Assembly (NCBI GenBank): GCA_030390025.1
Contig: CM059432.1
Location: 51,524,001 to 51,588,000 of the forward strand
Reading direction: 5' to 3'
Length of the DNA: 64,000 nt
Source: Squalus acanthias
Lineage: Eukaryota
Within the stretch, counting starts at the first letter, position 1, and the number at the start of each line of letters is the position of its first letter. This document shows, one piece after another, positions 1-11,718 of the stretch. The position numbers were made by a program, and so were the translations under genes. The notes under the pieces were generated by a model. It saw nothing but the letters and a program-made list of their open reading frames with translations, had not been told where the DNA came from and did not search any database.

Positions 1-3000
1 TTCAACGGCAAGTGACCTCCTGCCTCAGTTTCATAGACGAGGTTTAGGCACAGCGGGAAACTGGTGGGCGAGCTGTCAAATCCAAAAAGCTGGGGAAAAA
101 ACTATTGAGAAGTGGTTGTAAACAAGCCACTAATGATTGTAATTGCCTCCCCCACCGCTGCCTGTCAGGTCTGCTCAGTGCTGGCAGACCCAACATCGGG
201 AAAGTCCAGTGTGCGCGTTTTGACAGTGGGTTCCCAACCCGCTGTCAATCATTTTAAATTCAACAGCTGACCCACCACCCATCCCGTCCGCTGAGCGCTG
301 GCAAAATTCTGGCTTAAATCTCTTCACTGGATTATCATCTGTTTCAAACTTATGCTACTTCACTTGATTTTATTTTCAAATTGCAAAAGCATTACAGGGA
401 ATTTGTGACTCATGAATAAAACATTGCAGAAACACCTATCCCTGATGACCTGAAAACTGCACCATGGTGAAGATTTAAATATAATAATGATTAATGGTGA
501 CACATTAATAATCTTACTATTGCTGTGCAGAAAGCCATATTTTTGCTCTTAGTAAGAAGGAGCAGAAATTCAGATAAAAGGATTCCACAGAGTTCCAGCA
601 TCACAAAGTCAAACTACAAGCACTCTTCTTGGAAACAATCAAAATATCCTAAGAAAAAGGTGAATGTTGAAAAACTACAAGGAAGTTTGTACAAAGATAT
701 TGCATCATGGCATAATGCAGCTGTGTGAAAGTTGCAGATGTTATTTAGTTCTTTGTTTTCATCCGTTCAGAATGCTGCACACGGAATGTGCGGTGGACCT
801 GTCTTGCCTGATTTTCCGTCCATTTCCTCACCAGAGGCATCCGACAGCAGAATTAGCTATTGTATATTTCTTAGTGTTCACAATAAAACCCACACTCTGA
901 ACAGACAGACAGTAAAGGTATTCCCCCATATTAATGCAGAGATTTATTTATTTATCTATCTACCTTTCTGCAGTGGCTAAGCAAAGGACTTTGGGTCCAC
1001 AATTCCAATCCGGCAGAAACTGCACAGATCACTGGTCAGGGACTTGAAGATAGGGTGGAACCGGGTTCCTCTAGGACTCTTGCCCCATGAAATTCTTGGA
1101 GCGGGAGGAATGAGTGCCAACCTTCAGGCAACCCCTTCCCCCCACTTTCTCTCCCCCCTCCTCATGTCAAGGTGATGTGTCTGGGGGAGTTCCCAGGTTA
1201 GGCTGGACATTCTGCCATGTGCACCCTCAGTAGGCTTCAAGGGAGCTGGTGTGAGTTCTTCTGAAGATCAAGGAAATGTCCCTAACCCTCAGCAGCAGGG
1301 GGCATCCTGGTTGAAGACTTCTTGAAAATTTAGAAACCTTGATTAAAAATCATTCTGCATTTTACTGGAACTGATCTCAACATATTTAAAACATTTGCAT
1401 TTTTAGTATGGGATTGACTTTCAATTAATAATATTAGTAATATAGACCCAATAATTTTCAGTGGCTCTATGACTAACAAATGTTCCAATATTTGGAGGCC
1501 TGACAGCAACTCTACCCTGTAACAACAATTAACCTTAACTCTAAACTCAGAAGAGAACTCTCCTCTCTCATCCAAATGCAGCAATATGAATTTTTAATCG
1601 GCAATATCAGCTATCCTTTAGCTTCTTTTTGAGATTTAATGGCAATTAGCACTGAATTATGTGTTATAACTGTGAACTTGCTGCCACTAAAACTGCATTG
1701 AGGCTGAAATTCATTTTCCATAAGACCTCTGTAACAAAAGAAATAGAGGGGAATTTTCATCACCTTTATATGCTTTGTTATTATTTATTTCTAACTATTA
1801 TGTTAACAGTTCCTACTGTTAATATGAAAATACCAGTGTACATATTACTCACTGTTCCTGACATGCACTGAATTAATTTAGTGAGTGGTAAGTTTGTCAT
1901 ATAAACTAAGTGGTTATGTTGTTTTCTTTTGGTAGTGGCCAGTTTCTCAGATTATTCCCCCATTTCTTCTTTTGAAGATAAAGTAATCTGCGTAATGTAG
2001 GGCTTTATGGCATAGCAACACACAGGTTAGAAGATTCATAGTTTAGAACCAGACCAATTACAAACTTTGCTCAGTATTACCAGTTTACTTTGATAGTAAA
2101 TTATAGAGTAACCTCATTCTTCACTTTTTAGTATAAATGCATTTTACTGAATTGGGGCACTTCTGCAGGAAGCTCAGAGACACTATTATTTGAGGAACAT
2201 AAAGCTAATGTGACCTGAAATTAATCATTTTGACTTAATTTGCAAATATCTGAATTTTGCACAGTTGGGATAATTTTGGTTTAGTTTGGCCTATTCTATG
2301 ATGTAAAAGATAATACTCTAGAGGTATTTGAAATGTATGAATCTCTTTTAGCAGTACCAATTGTGAGCCATAGTGTTGGTGTTCTTGTGGTGTGTATTAT
2401 CATGGCAAGTAACCTGAACTCAGGAATTATATTGTGATCATAGTCGATACGGTTTAGAATATTGTTTTACAATATTACAATATTTATGAGCAGCTGAAAT
2501 GTATTTCCCTCTTGTTGCAACACCAACAAAGAATGTAATTATGGTGTAATTGTATTATGAACATAATTGGTTAGGAATTTTCAAAATAAATTAAGATAAT
2601 TAGCTGCTTTGTAACACAAGAGATATGTTCTTCTAAACAGATAAGCTTTACTTTACATTATGTAGTAGGAGCCTATTTTCAAACAAGCAGTTGTTATCAC
2701 ACCATGACCAGTAAAGGTGTGGTAACTCCAGTGATTTACTGCCAAATTTAAAATGCCATTTTCTAATGTATCGTGGTGCAACTTAGTGGACATTGTCATT
2801 TATATCATCCAATTATCAAAATTTAACTGGAAATGAGCCATGTTGTAGTGAAAGAATGTATGCGTTTGTCAACACAGCTTCAAAAGCACCTTCCAGAGAA
2901 GGTCAAGCAACCAAGCCCTTCTAGATTATTTACTAACTAGTGAAAATTTCTATGTCCATTTGATTAAACAGTTATTCTTCATCACTCCTGTGTGCAGTGT

Positions 3001-3874
3001 TTTTTATTCTCCATGCAGCATTCCTGGTTAAGTAAAAGTTTAAAAAATTGGAAAAATGATAGTTTGTCTGATAATTGGTTGAATAAGTGTTTTTAGCTAA
3101 CACTGCTATGTTCAAACCCTTGCTGAAAAACATGGCCATAAAAGGACCCTTACCAGCCAAAGCAACCAGTTTGAGCTAAGCTGCATTGACAGTAACATTA
3201 GGATTCATTAATTTAGAAAATGAAAATAATTTAAAGCATGCGTATTGTATGTTACTGTCTTGCACCTTAATTGTAATAACATTGTGTAAAATTGATTTCA
3301 AATGATGCTAAAGATTTTCCATCAAATGGCTTTTCAGCATATTTACGCTGTTAATGGATCATGGTAAAGAATGTGACAAAAAGAAAAGATGTTCGTACTT
3401 ACTATTACAATCTGGGCCCCCAGCCATGGATCAGCCAGTACGTGAGCATAGTAAAAGCAATAGAACCCAATTAAATTTAATTGTGTCGCTTTCTTCAGGA
3501 TTCATTTGATAATAAATGGCTATTATTGCCTTCTACATGGTATCCTGATTAGCAGTTATATTTAATGTATAGTTCAGTATGCAAAATGCTAAAAGGCTTT
3601 TACTGTTCTGTGTCCTGGTATCACCTTTCTGTTCCTGGCTGTTGGAACATAAATGAAGGAGACAACGATTACAGCATTTTCTGATTTACTTATTGTGGAA
3701 GAGTATTATTTATTCCACTAATGAATAAATTTGTATGGGTAGAAATTAGTCCAAAAAGTTTAACAGGCATTAGGCCCCTAATTTACATATTTAACGGACC
3801 TAGGGGGAAAAATTCAGTACCTTAGCACCTCCCGTTAGTGCCAGCAAATAGCGCTAATGGGGCACTAGAGCATT

Positions 3875-6218
3875 TAAGAACATAAGAAATAAGAGCAGGA
3901 GTAGGCCATACGGCCCCTCGAGCCTGCTCCGCCATTCAATAAGATCAAGGCTGATCATCGACCTTAACTCCACTTTCCCGCCCGATCTCCATATCCCTTG
4001 ATTCCCCTAGAGTCCAAAAATCTATCTCTCTCAGCCTTGATTATACACAAAGACTCAGCAATCACAGCTCTCTGGGGCAGAGAATTCCAAAGATTCACAA
4101 CCCTCTGAGTGAAGAAATTCCTCCTCATCTCAGTCTTAAATGGCCTACCCCTTATCCTGAGACTATGCCCCCGAGTTCTAGACTCTCCAGCCAGGGGAAA
4201 CAACCTCTCAGCAACTACCCTGTCAATCCCCTTCAGAATCTTGTGTGTTTCAATGAGATCACCTCTCATTCTTCTAAACTCCAGAGAGTATAGGCCCATT
4301 CTACACAATCTCTCATCATAGGACAGCCCTCTCATCCCAGGAATCAATCTAGTGAACCTTCGTTGCACTGCCTCCAAGGCAAGTATATCCTTCCTTAGAT
4401 AAGGAGACCAAAACTATGCACAGTACTCCAGGTGTGGTCTCACCAAGGCCCTGTACAATTGTAGCAAGACTTCCTTACTCTTATACTCCAACCCCCTTGC
4501 AATAAAGGTCAACATGCCATTTGCCTTCCTTATTGCTTGCTGTACCTGCATGCTAGCTTTCTATGTTTCTTGCACGAGGACACCTAAATCTCTCTGAACA
4601 CCAACATTTGAAAGTTTCTCACCATTTAAAAAATATTCTGTTTTTCTATTCTTCCTACGAAAGTGAATAACCTCACATTTCCCTACATTATACTCCATCT
4701 GCCATCTTACTGCCCACTCACTTAGTCTATCTACATCCCTTTGCAGACTCTTTGGGCTCAATTTTCACCGGCCCGTGGAGGCGGGTTTGGAGGCATGTGG
4801 GGTGGGAAAATAGCAGATTCGGGGGTCCCGAACCCATCCCGCCCCCAACCCGCCTCCATGCCAGTTTCCCAGGAGGCGGGTACCCGACCTGTGCTGGGAC
4901 CCGCCTCCCCAAGGCGGGAAGGGGATTAGTGCCAATAAACTGCCTGTTAACAGGTAGTTAACAAGCAGGTTTTTGCCAAATCCCTATTTTTAGCCCTGAA
5001 GTGTGGGCTTCCCAACAGGTCCGAACCACGCCGATTTAGCGAGGCGGACCGTCGGTCTAGAGGGCTTGGAGGGGTCGAGATGTCCGGTGTGCAGGTGAGT
5101 GATGGGTGCATGAGTACAGAGGTAAGTGTGTTTGGTGTGTGTAAAGTGTTTTAAGAACTTGTACTTACCTTAACTTTGTCCTGCAGGCTTCCTTCCTTCA
5201 GTTCTCGGGAGTCCCTCAGCTCACCGGCACAGAAAGCAGAATGGCCGTGGAGCTGTCAAAAGCTGCAGTCTCTGCTTTCTGTGCTGATTGATTTCTAACT
5301 GAGTCTAAGTACAGGGACTCACGTAAGAAATCATATTGTCAGTGTTTGACAGCTTCACAGAGCTGTCAAATGCTGAAATTTCATCTGTCAAAAGCTCTTG
5401 ACAGATGAAATTTCAATGGCTGACGTCACCTGTATCCAAGGGACCCTTGATTGGCCTGCTAAGTCCGCTGGGTGGGCTTAACAAGGTCAATCAAGGGAAA
5501 ATACAGTGGGTTGGCCACAAGTCGATGGAGGCGGGACTACAGCCCAAAAAGTGGGAGTCCCGCCTCCATCACGTCCCCATTGACAAAATCCAGCCCTTTG
5601 TGTTCTCCTCACAGCTTACTGTCCCACCTAGCTTTGTATCATCAGCAAACTTGGATACATTACACTCGGTCCCTTCATCAAGGTCATTAAAATAGATTGT
5701 AAATAGCTGAGACCCCAACACTGATCCTTGCGGCACCCCACTACTTACAGCCTGCCAACCTGAAAAAGATCCGTTTATCCCTACTCTTTGTTTTCTGTCC
5801 GTTAACCAATCCTCTATCCATGCTATTATATTACCCCCAATCCCATGTGCCCTAATCTTGTGTAATAGCCTTTATGTGGCACCTTATCGAATGCCTTTTG
5901 GAAATCCAAATATACTACATCCACTGGTTCCCCTTTATCTACCCTGCTAGTTACATCCTCAAAAAACTCTAATAAATTTGTCAAACACGATTTCCGTTTC
6001 ATAAAACCATGTTGACTCTGCCTAATCATGTTATGATTTTCTAAGTGACTTGATACCACTTCCTTAACAATGGATTCCAGCATTTTCCCGACGACTGATG
6101 TCTGGCTAACTGACCTGTAGTTCCCTGTTTTTTCTCTCCCTCCTTTCTTGAATAGCGATGTTACATTTGTGACCTTCCAATCCGCTGGGACCATTCCAGA
6201 ATCTAGGGAATTTTGGAA
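3875..6218 (-). mobile_element. 5'-truncated CR1 LINE (RT and C-terminus), split by a MITE
   Basis: 3' tail (ttcttatg)n on the minus strand at 3875. ORF fragments carry [21 protein letters not shown] and FFTQRVVNLWNSLP. Confidence 0.95.
4754..5596. mobile_element. Non-autonomous Harbinger-type MITE inserted in CR1
   Basis: TIRs gggctcaatttt / aaaatccagccc, 3-bp TSD TTT (4751-4753, 5597-5599). Removing it restores the CR1 sequence. Confidence 0.85.
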
Positions 6219-6454
6219 GAGGAGGCAGCCACTCAATCGGCCTTCCGGAAGGGCAGTCCGTGACCGCCTAATCAGACTGTGGTTCCAGTAAATTAAACCC
6301 CAGATCCCCGTTGCTCACCACATGTCCATCATTCCATCCTGTCACAGGCCATATCACAGCGCAAAGCTGAAATGAGACACTCCACAAAAGAATCCAAACC
6401 GAATTAATAAATTTATCAAAAATCAGTGAAAACATATTTACACAAAAATATTAA

Positions 6455-8343
6455 CTATTCACCCTTGTGCAATCCCTTAGTGCCTCTTGTTACTGTGCCT
6501 TTTCCTACTCTAGTGCTCCTATGAAGTATCGGCCCAGTGGCTGCAGCAAGGCTGGTGGAAGGCTGCTGAGTGTCCGTGTGGGAGACTTCAGATGGCCTTG
6601 AAGGATGCCCTCCACCAGCTCTGGGCCTGGAAGGCCTGGCTGTAGACTGCACCACCTCAGCATGGGCGGCAGCAGTCTGGGCTGGCTGGATGACAGGCAG
6701 CGACAAGGACAATGGCGGAGTGGCAGCGGTGGGAGCAGGAATGCTGTCATCCTGAGAGAGGACAGCAGGTTCCTGTTCCACTGACCCACTGCCACTCCTC
6801 AGCATCCCTAGCTATCTGTTGGAGCACAGGTTGCTGGCATGCTGCAACACCATGAAAGCCCCGGTCGACGGTGGTAGACCCAGCCACGATGGCAGCAGTC
6901 AGAGCTTGTGTGGAGTCAAGCTGAGACTGCATGAGAGCGGTCTGAGATTGGATGCCACCAAGCATAGACTGCATTACAGCACTAAGACGTTGCGTCACTT
7001 CCGCCTGTGCTGCAATGGAAGCTGCCAGATCGCCCATCACATGCAGGCATCAGGTCTGGGTCGCCACAGTCTCTCTGGGAGTCTACCATCCTTTGCAGAC
7101 TGGAAATGATGGGCTCCATGCTCTGCACAGAGCCTTGTGCAATGTTGGAGGCGGACTCCTCCATGCTCCTTATCATTGCCGAGAGGCTTTCGGGCACCCT
7201 TGCCATTGCACCTATCATCTCCGTGTGCATGCCCATCACCCTTCTTCTGAAGGTCTCTCCATCGAGGTCCTCATCTGAGTCCTGTGCAGCAGAACTCGCG
7301 CGTGAACTCGCCCTCCGGGGAGCTGGCCCCCGAGCTACCCTTTCCCCCTAGTCTTGCTGCAGCCCACTCGTTCCTGGTGCATCACCCTGTGCAGATCCTG
7401 CTACTATACTAGCCTCTAAAGAATGCGTAGTGCCAGTATCTGAGCTGGTGCCTGCGGGTGAGACATGCAGTGACTGCGGTGTGTTCTTCCTCTTCCTCTT
7501 CTCCCGCCTCGCTCTCTATGGTGCCCTCAGGGACAGGCTGCTCAGCTGCTTGCTCATTATCTGAAAGCATAAAGGCAGAAGAGTCGGGTTAAGGTGAGGG
7601 GAGGGGTGCAGGAAGGGAGAAATGCATGCATACAGCATGATTAGCTGGAAAGTGCAAAACGCTTGTGGGGTGAGGGGGAAGTGGGATGTGAGAAGAAGGG
7701 ATGAACATACCGTTGTTGTCCCTAAGGGGGTCAATGTCGCCATTGGCCACGGCGCCCACCACCTGGCACCCAATAATCTACAGCACTCTATTTTCCAGCG
7801 CAGACAGTGGTTGGGTGTCGGCTTGTTCCCCCGCCTGTGTACTCCTGCTCCCTCCTGTTGTGAGTCACCTTGGCCTGCAAGAGAAAGGAAAGTGTGTGAG
7901 TGAGTGTGGTGCAATGTGTTTGGGTGATGTGCCTGCCATAGTTGAATAGCTGTCATTGTGTGCAAGGTGTGAGATGTGGGTCTGAGTGTTGGTAGGTAGT
8001 GATTGTTGGTGGGTGAGTGCTGGGAGTGTGGTGCTTTGGGCAGTGTGTGAAGAGTGTGGTTCAGATGGTGGTATGTAGCATTTGTTGAAGCATTCACTCA
8101 CCCTGACCACCCGAGTGAAATCATTAAATTTCTTCCTGCACTGTGTGTTGGTCCTGGGGACCACAGTGCTGCCCGAGATGTGCTGTGCTACCTCCCTCCA
8201 CATGGTGCGAAGACTTGCGGTGAGGTCCTCCTGCCACTTGTCGAGTAGAACACCACCCTCCGTCTCTCTACAGTGAACACCAATGCCTCCAATGCTTGAT
8301 CGCAGAATCTGCAGGCTCTCTCCCTGGGGTGTGGATCTGCCAT
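6455..8343 (-). pseudogene. Harbinger Myb/SANT-like partner gene (family 2), three exons at about 8343-8102, 7874-7711 and 7560-6455, frameshifted
   Basis: MADPHPRERACRFCDQALEAL...WREVAQ...QCRKKFNDFTR. Canonical gt/ag sites lie at the same positions as in the gene at 13484-11719. Confidence 0.85.
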
Positions 8344-8561
8344 GAGTACAGCTGCTTCAGTCCACCGGCTCTTTCTCCTTGACCTGCTGCTTCTTGCTGA
8401 GTCAGCTGCACAGTCAACAATGCTGAGAATGTGGATCCGCAGCATCAGTGAACCTCCCTTTTAAAAACTGAAAAAAGCCTGTGGCAATCATAACTTGCAA
8501 TTAGACTGCACCTGATATTGGTCCACCCTTTTAGTGTAACGCCAATGAGCTTGGGCTTTAA

Positions 8562-9455
8562 GGGGTAGAAATTAGGTCGCGCCCCATTTGGGGCGCAAAT
8601 ATCGTCTGGACGCAAATATTAGCGCCTGGCGCTAATTATCGGCACTGACTGGAAACTTCACTTTTACCGCCCCGGGAGGTGAATGGAGCGCTAAAGCAGG
8701 CGCTGCACACCTGTCTTAAGGCGCAAAGGCCAAGGAGTGAGGCGCTAACTCAGAGCGCTGGCGAAGCTCATGTAATGTCAGTCAGCAATGGAACACACAC
8801 ACAATGGAACGGGCCAGTTCTTAAAGGGGATGGTTAATCTTGCTTTCCATCCACATCCTGTTCATTGCAGCCTTGAATCTCGGCCTGGAGAGACTTGCAC
8901 ATCAAATGTGCTGGAAAGAACAATGGAGAGTACCAGGCAAAGAGCTCAGAGTGCAGCTCCCACAGTCTCTGCTAAATCGATACAAGGAATGGCAAATCAA
9001 AATGAACCTGCAAAGTGCTGCTCAGTACCCAAAACTCCTTCACACAACGTTGAATCTCTCCAGAAGTCTCTCCCTCTCTCTCTCAGAATGCGTAGTTCAA
9101 AAATGCCACCAACAATAAAAGACAGGAAGAGGCCCCCTTTAAATAGCGCCCCCCCCCCAGCCCCACAGCGATTGATAGCGTTCCAGTCTTCTGGTCGTTG
9201 GAAGTGCCAGGCGGTAAGGCGGGGGCGCCACTCAATTTCCGCTCCGGGGCGCCACAAGGGCGTTGCACCATGGAATGACGTCACAATCTGCGCGCGCAGG
9301 TGGTCGCAGCGGTAAGTTTTAGCGCCGCCGCACAATGTCAAGTTAAGTTCCCGAGCGGCGCAAACATCGCTGCGCCCGGGCGTTAGCGGCTTTGCGCCCC
9401 ATTAGCGCCCTCTTAAGGTGCTAATGGGAGGCGCAACCAACTGAATTTTTACCCC
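8562..9455 (-). mobile_element. 894-bp non-autonomous internal-deletion derivative of Harbinger family 1
   Basis: TIRs ggggtagaaattag / ctgaatttttacccc, TSD TAA (8559-8561, 9456-9458). Both ends are the reverse complement of the ends of 9745-13846. The empty site is visible at about 44215-44230. Confidence 0.92.
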
Positions 9456-10254
9456 TAAGACTTGAATTAGGACTCCAATCATTTCTTTGAGCAGTGAGCA
9501 CGAATTTTGCGTGCAGTCTAAAGCATTAGTGCCTGGTGCTAATTCTCCAACTTTTCTAATGATACCGCCCATTCCTGGGCTATAATGAATTTCTAGCCCT
9601 CATCATCCAAGCAGGATGCCTAAAATAATGGGCCCACGAATTTGGCAGTGGGACCAACAACTAGGCAGCTTCAAGGTAGGCTATCCCACTGCTAAATTGG
9701 GTGCAATGCATACCAATTTACACCCTGTAATATTAAAAGTTCTTGGGCTAAAAATTCAGTTGGTTGTGCCTCCCGTTAGCACCTTAAGAGGGCGCTAATG
9801 GGGCGCAAAGCAGCTAGCGCGCAGGCGCGCTGAAGTTTGCGCCGCTCGCGAACTTAACTAGACATTTTGCGGCGGCGCTAAACTTAATCGCCGCGATCTC
9901 CTGCGCACGCAGATTCTGACGTCATAAGAGGGTGCAACACCCTTGTGGCGCCCCGGAGCAGAAATTGAGTGGCGCCCCCATCCTTACCGCCTGGCGCATC
10001 CAACGACCGGAAGACTGGAACGCTATCAATCGCTGTGGGGCTGGGGGGGCGCTATTTAAAGGGGGCCTCTTCCTGTCTTTCTCTGTGGTTGACATTTTTG
10101 CACCACTCATTCTGAGAGAGAGAGAGAGATTCGGAGAGAGAGAAAGAGAGACTTCTGCATTGAGTCAACGCTGTGTGAGGTAGTTTTGGCTACTGATCAT
10201 AACTTCGCTGGTACTTTGGTTTTTGGCCTTCATAACTTTGCTTGCTAAGAGACT

Positions 10255-11407
10255 ATGGGGGCTGCACTGATTGGGGGCGTCGTCCTGCGCCAGCTGAATC
10301 GGAGGACACAGAGACGCAGAGAGAGAGAGTGGCAATGATGGCCAGACGGAGGAGGGCCAACAGGCGTCTGCACAGGAGAGCATACCCTCCCAGGGTATAT
10401 TGTGACCAGCTCTCCTACATTCATATTTCTGATGAGCAGTGTTTGCGAAGGCTGCGCTTCAGCAAGGAGGTGGTCACTGAGCTCTGCCACCTGCTGCAGC
10501 CAGATCTGCAGCCTCAACTGAGGTCCAGGATGTCTCTGTCGGTGGCAGTGAAGATCACAGTGGCTCTGAACGTTTATGCTACTGGCTCATTTCAATCTGC
10601 TGCTGGGGACCTCGCCAATATCTCCCAGTTCGCGGTGCATTGCTGCATCCGTCACGTCACAAATGCCCTCTTTAAAAGGAGACGAGAGTTCATCTCTTTC
10701 CCCATGACCCCAGACAAGCAGCATGAACGCGCTCTGGGCTTTGCGACGATAGCGGGCTTCCCCATGGTGCAGGGCGCCATTGACTGCACGCATGTGGCTT
10801 TGCGTGCTCCGCATGAGAATGCCGAGGATTTCCGGAACAGAAGGGGTTCCATTCCTTGAATGTTCAGTTGGTCTGTGACCACAGACAGCTGATACTCGCT
10901 GTCAATGCCCACTATCCTGGCAGCTGCCACGATGCTTTCATCCTGCGCCAGACTACTGTGGCAGAACTTTTCGAGGCACCGCATCAGCCAGTTGGTTGGC
11001 TTCTCGGGGACAAGGGGTATCCACTGAGCACCTGGCTGATGACACCGCTCCGTACGCCCAACACCCCTGCTGAGCTGCGGTACAACGAGAGCCATCAAGC
11101 TACCAGGAACATCGTTGAGCACACAATCGGCATGCTGAAGCAATGGTTCCGCTGTCTGGACCATTCTGGAGGAGCCCTGCAGTACTCGCCTGAGCGAGTT
11201 TCCAACTTCGTAGTTGTGTGCTGCATGCTGCATAACATGGCAATCCTCAGGACCCAGCCAATGCCACCAGGCCTTGGAGCACCACCAGAGGAGGAGGAGG
11301 AAGAGGAGGAGGAGGATGATCATCAGCAGCACCAAGGCGTGAGGGCGGCCCACAATGGTGAAACTGCAAGGGCCGTCCGTCAACGGCTGATAGCAAGCCG
11401 CTTCTAG
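10255..11407 (+). pseudogene. Harbinger DDE transposase (HARBI1-like) with two frameshifts
   Basis: Motifs [23 protein letters not shown] and CCMLHN. A 1-bp loss near 10842 breaks [11 protein letters not shown] probable (GA)n slippage near 10318-10329 separates the MGA start at 10255 from the main frame. Confidence 0.92.
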
Positions 11408-11718
11408 GCCACTGCTGTGGAAATGGCTTCTGCCATTGAGAACAACATGAATGAACCCAACACGCAACCCCTAAGCCGGCCAAGGCACCAATGATTCCAA
11501 ACACCAAACATGTATATTTTGAATACAAAAACTTATTTATTTTACAAACTCTGTGTGTGTCATTTCTTCATGACAAACTAATAGAAATAAACACAAAAAA
11601 ACAGTCATTAACATAACTGGTTCCCACAACCTGGAGATAATGTCCAAAACACTAAACAAAAGTTTGACCACGAACCTCGGCCTTTAATAAAAAAATGACC
11701 AACATTTTGTCACACCTC

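Larger units (their letters stand above)
3803..9599. mobile_element. Decayed PIF/Harbinger element, family 2, copy 1 (most of the transposase replaced by a CR1)
   Basis: TIRs gggggaaaaattca / tgaatttctagccc. 3858-3874 matches the sequence near 40846; 6219-8560 and 9459-9599 match 42293-44361. Confidence 0.8.
3737..9725. mobile_element. Small Harbinger-type MITE, outermost layer of a nest (own sequence about 3737-3802 and 9600-9725)
   Basis: Imperfect TIRs gggtagaaattag / ccaatttacaccc, flanks tat/tgt. The joined halves resemble the MITE end at 63340-63529 (gctatcccactgctaaattg). Confidence 0.5.

Noticed and set aside
10242..11407. Domesticated host HARBI1 gene, with the partner as NAIF1/MSANTD
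   Set aside because: It lies between TIRs with a TSD, is frameshifted and has paralogous decayed copies, so it is a transposon.
10652..11467. 271-aa antisense ORF
   Set aside because: It is a shadow of the transposase on the opposite strand.
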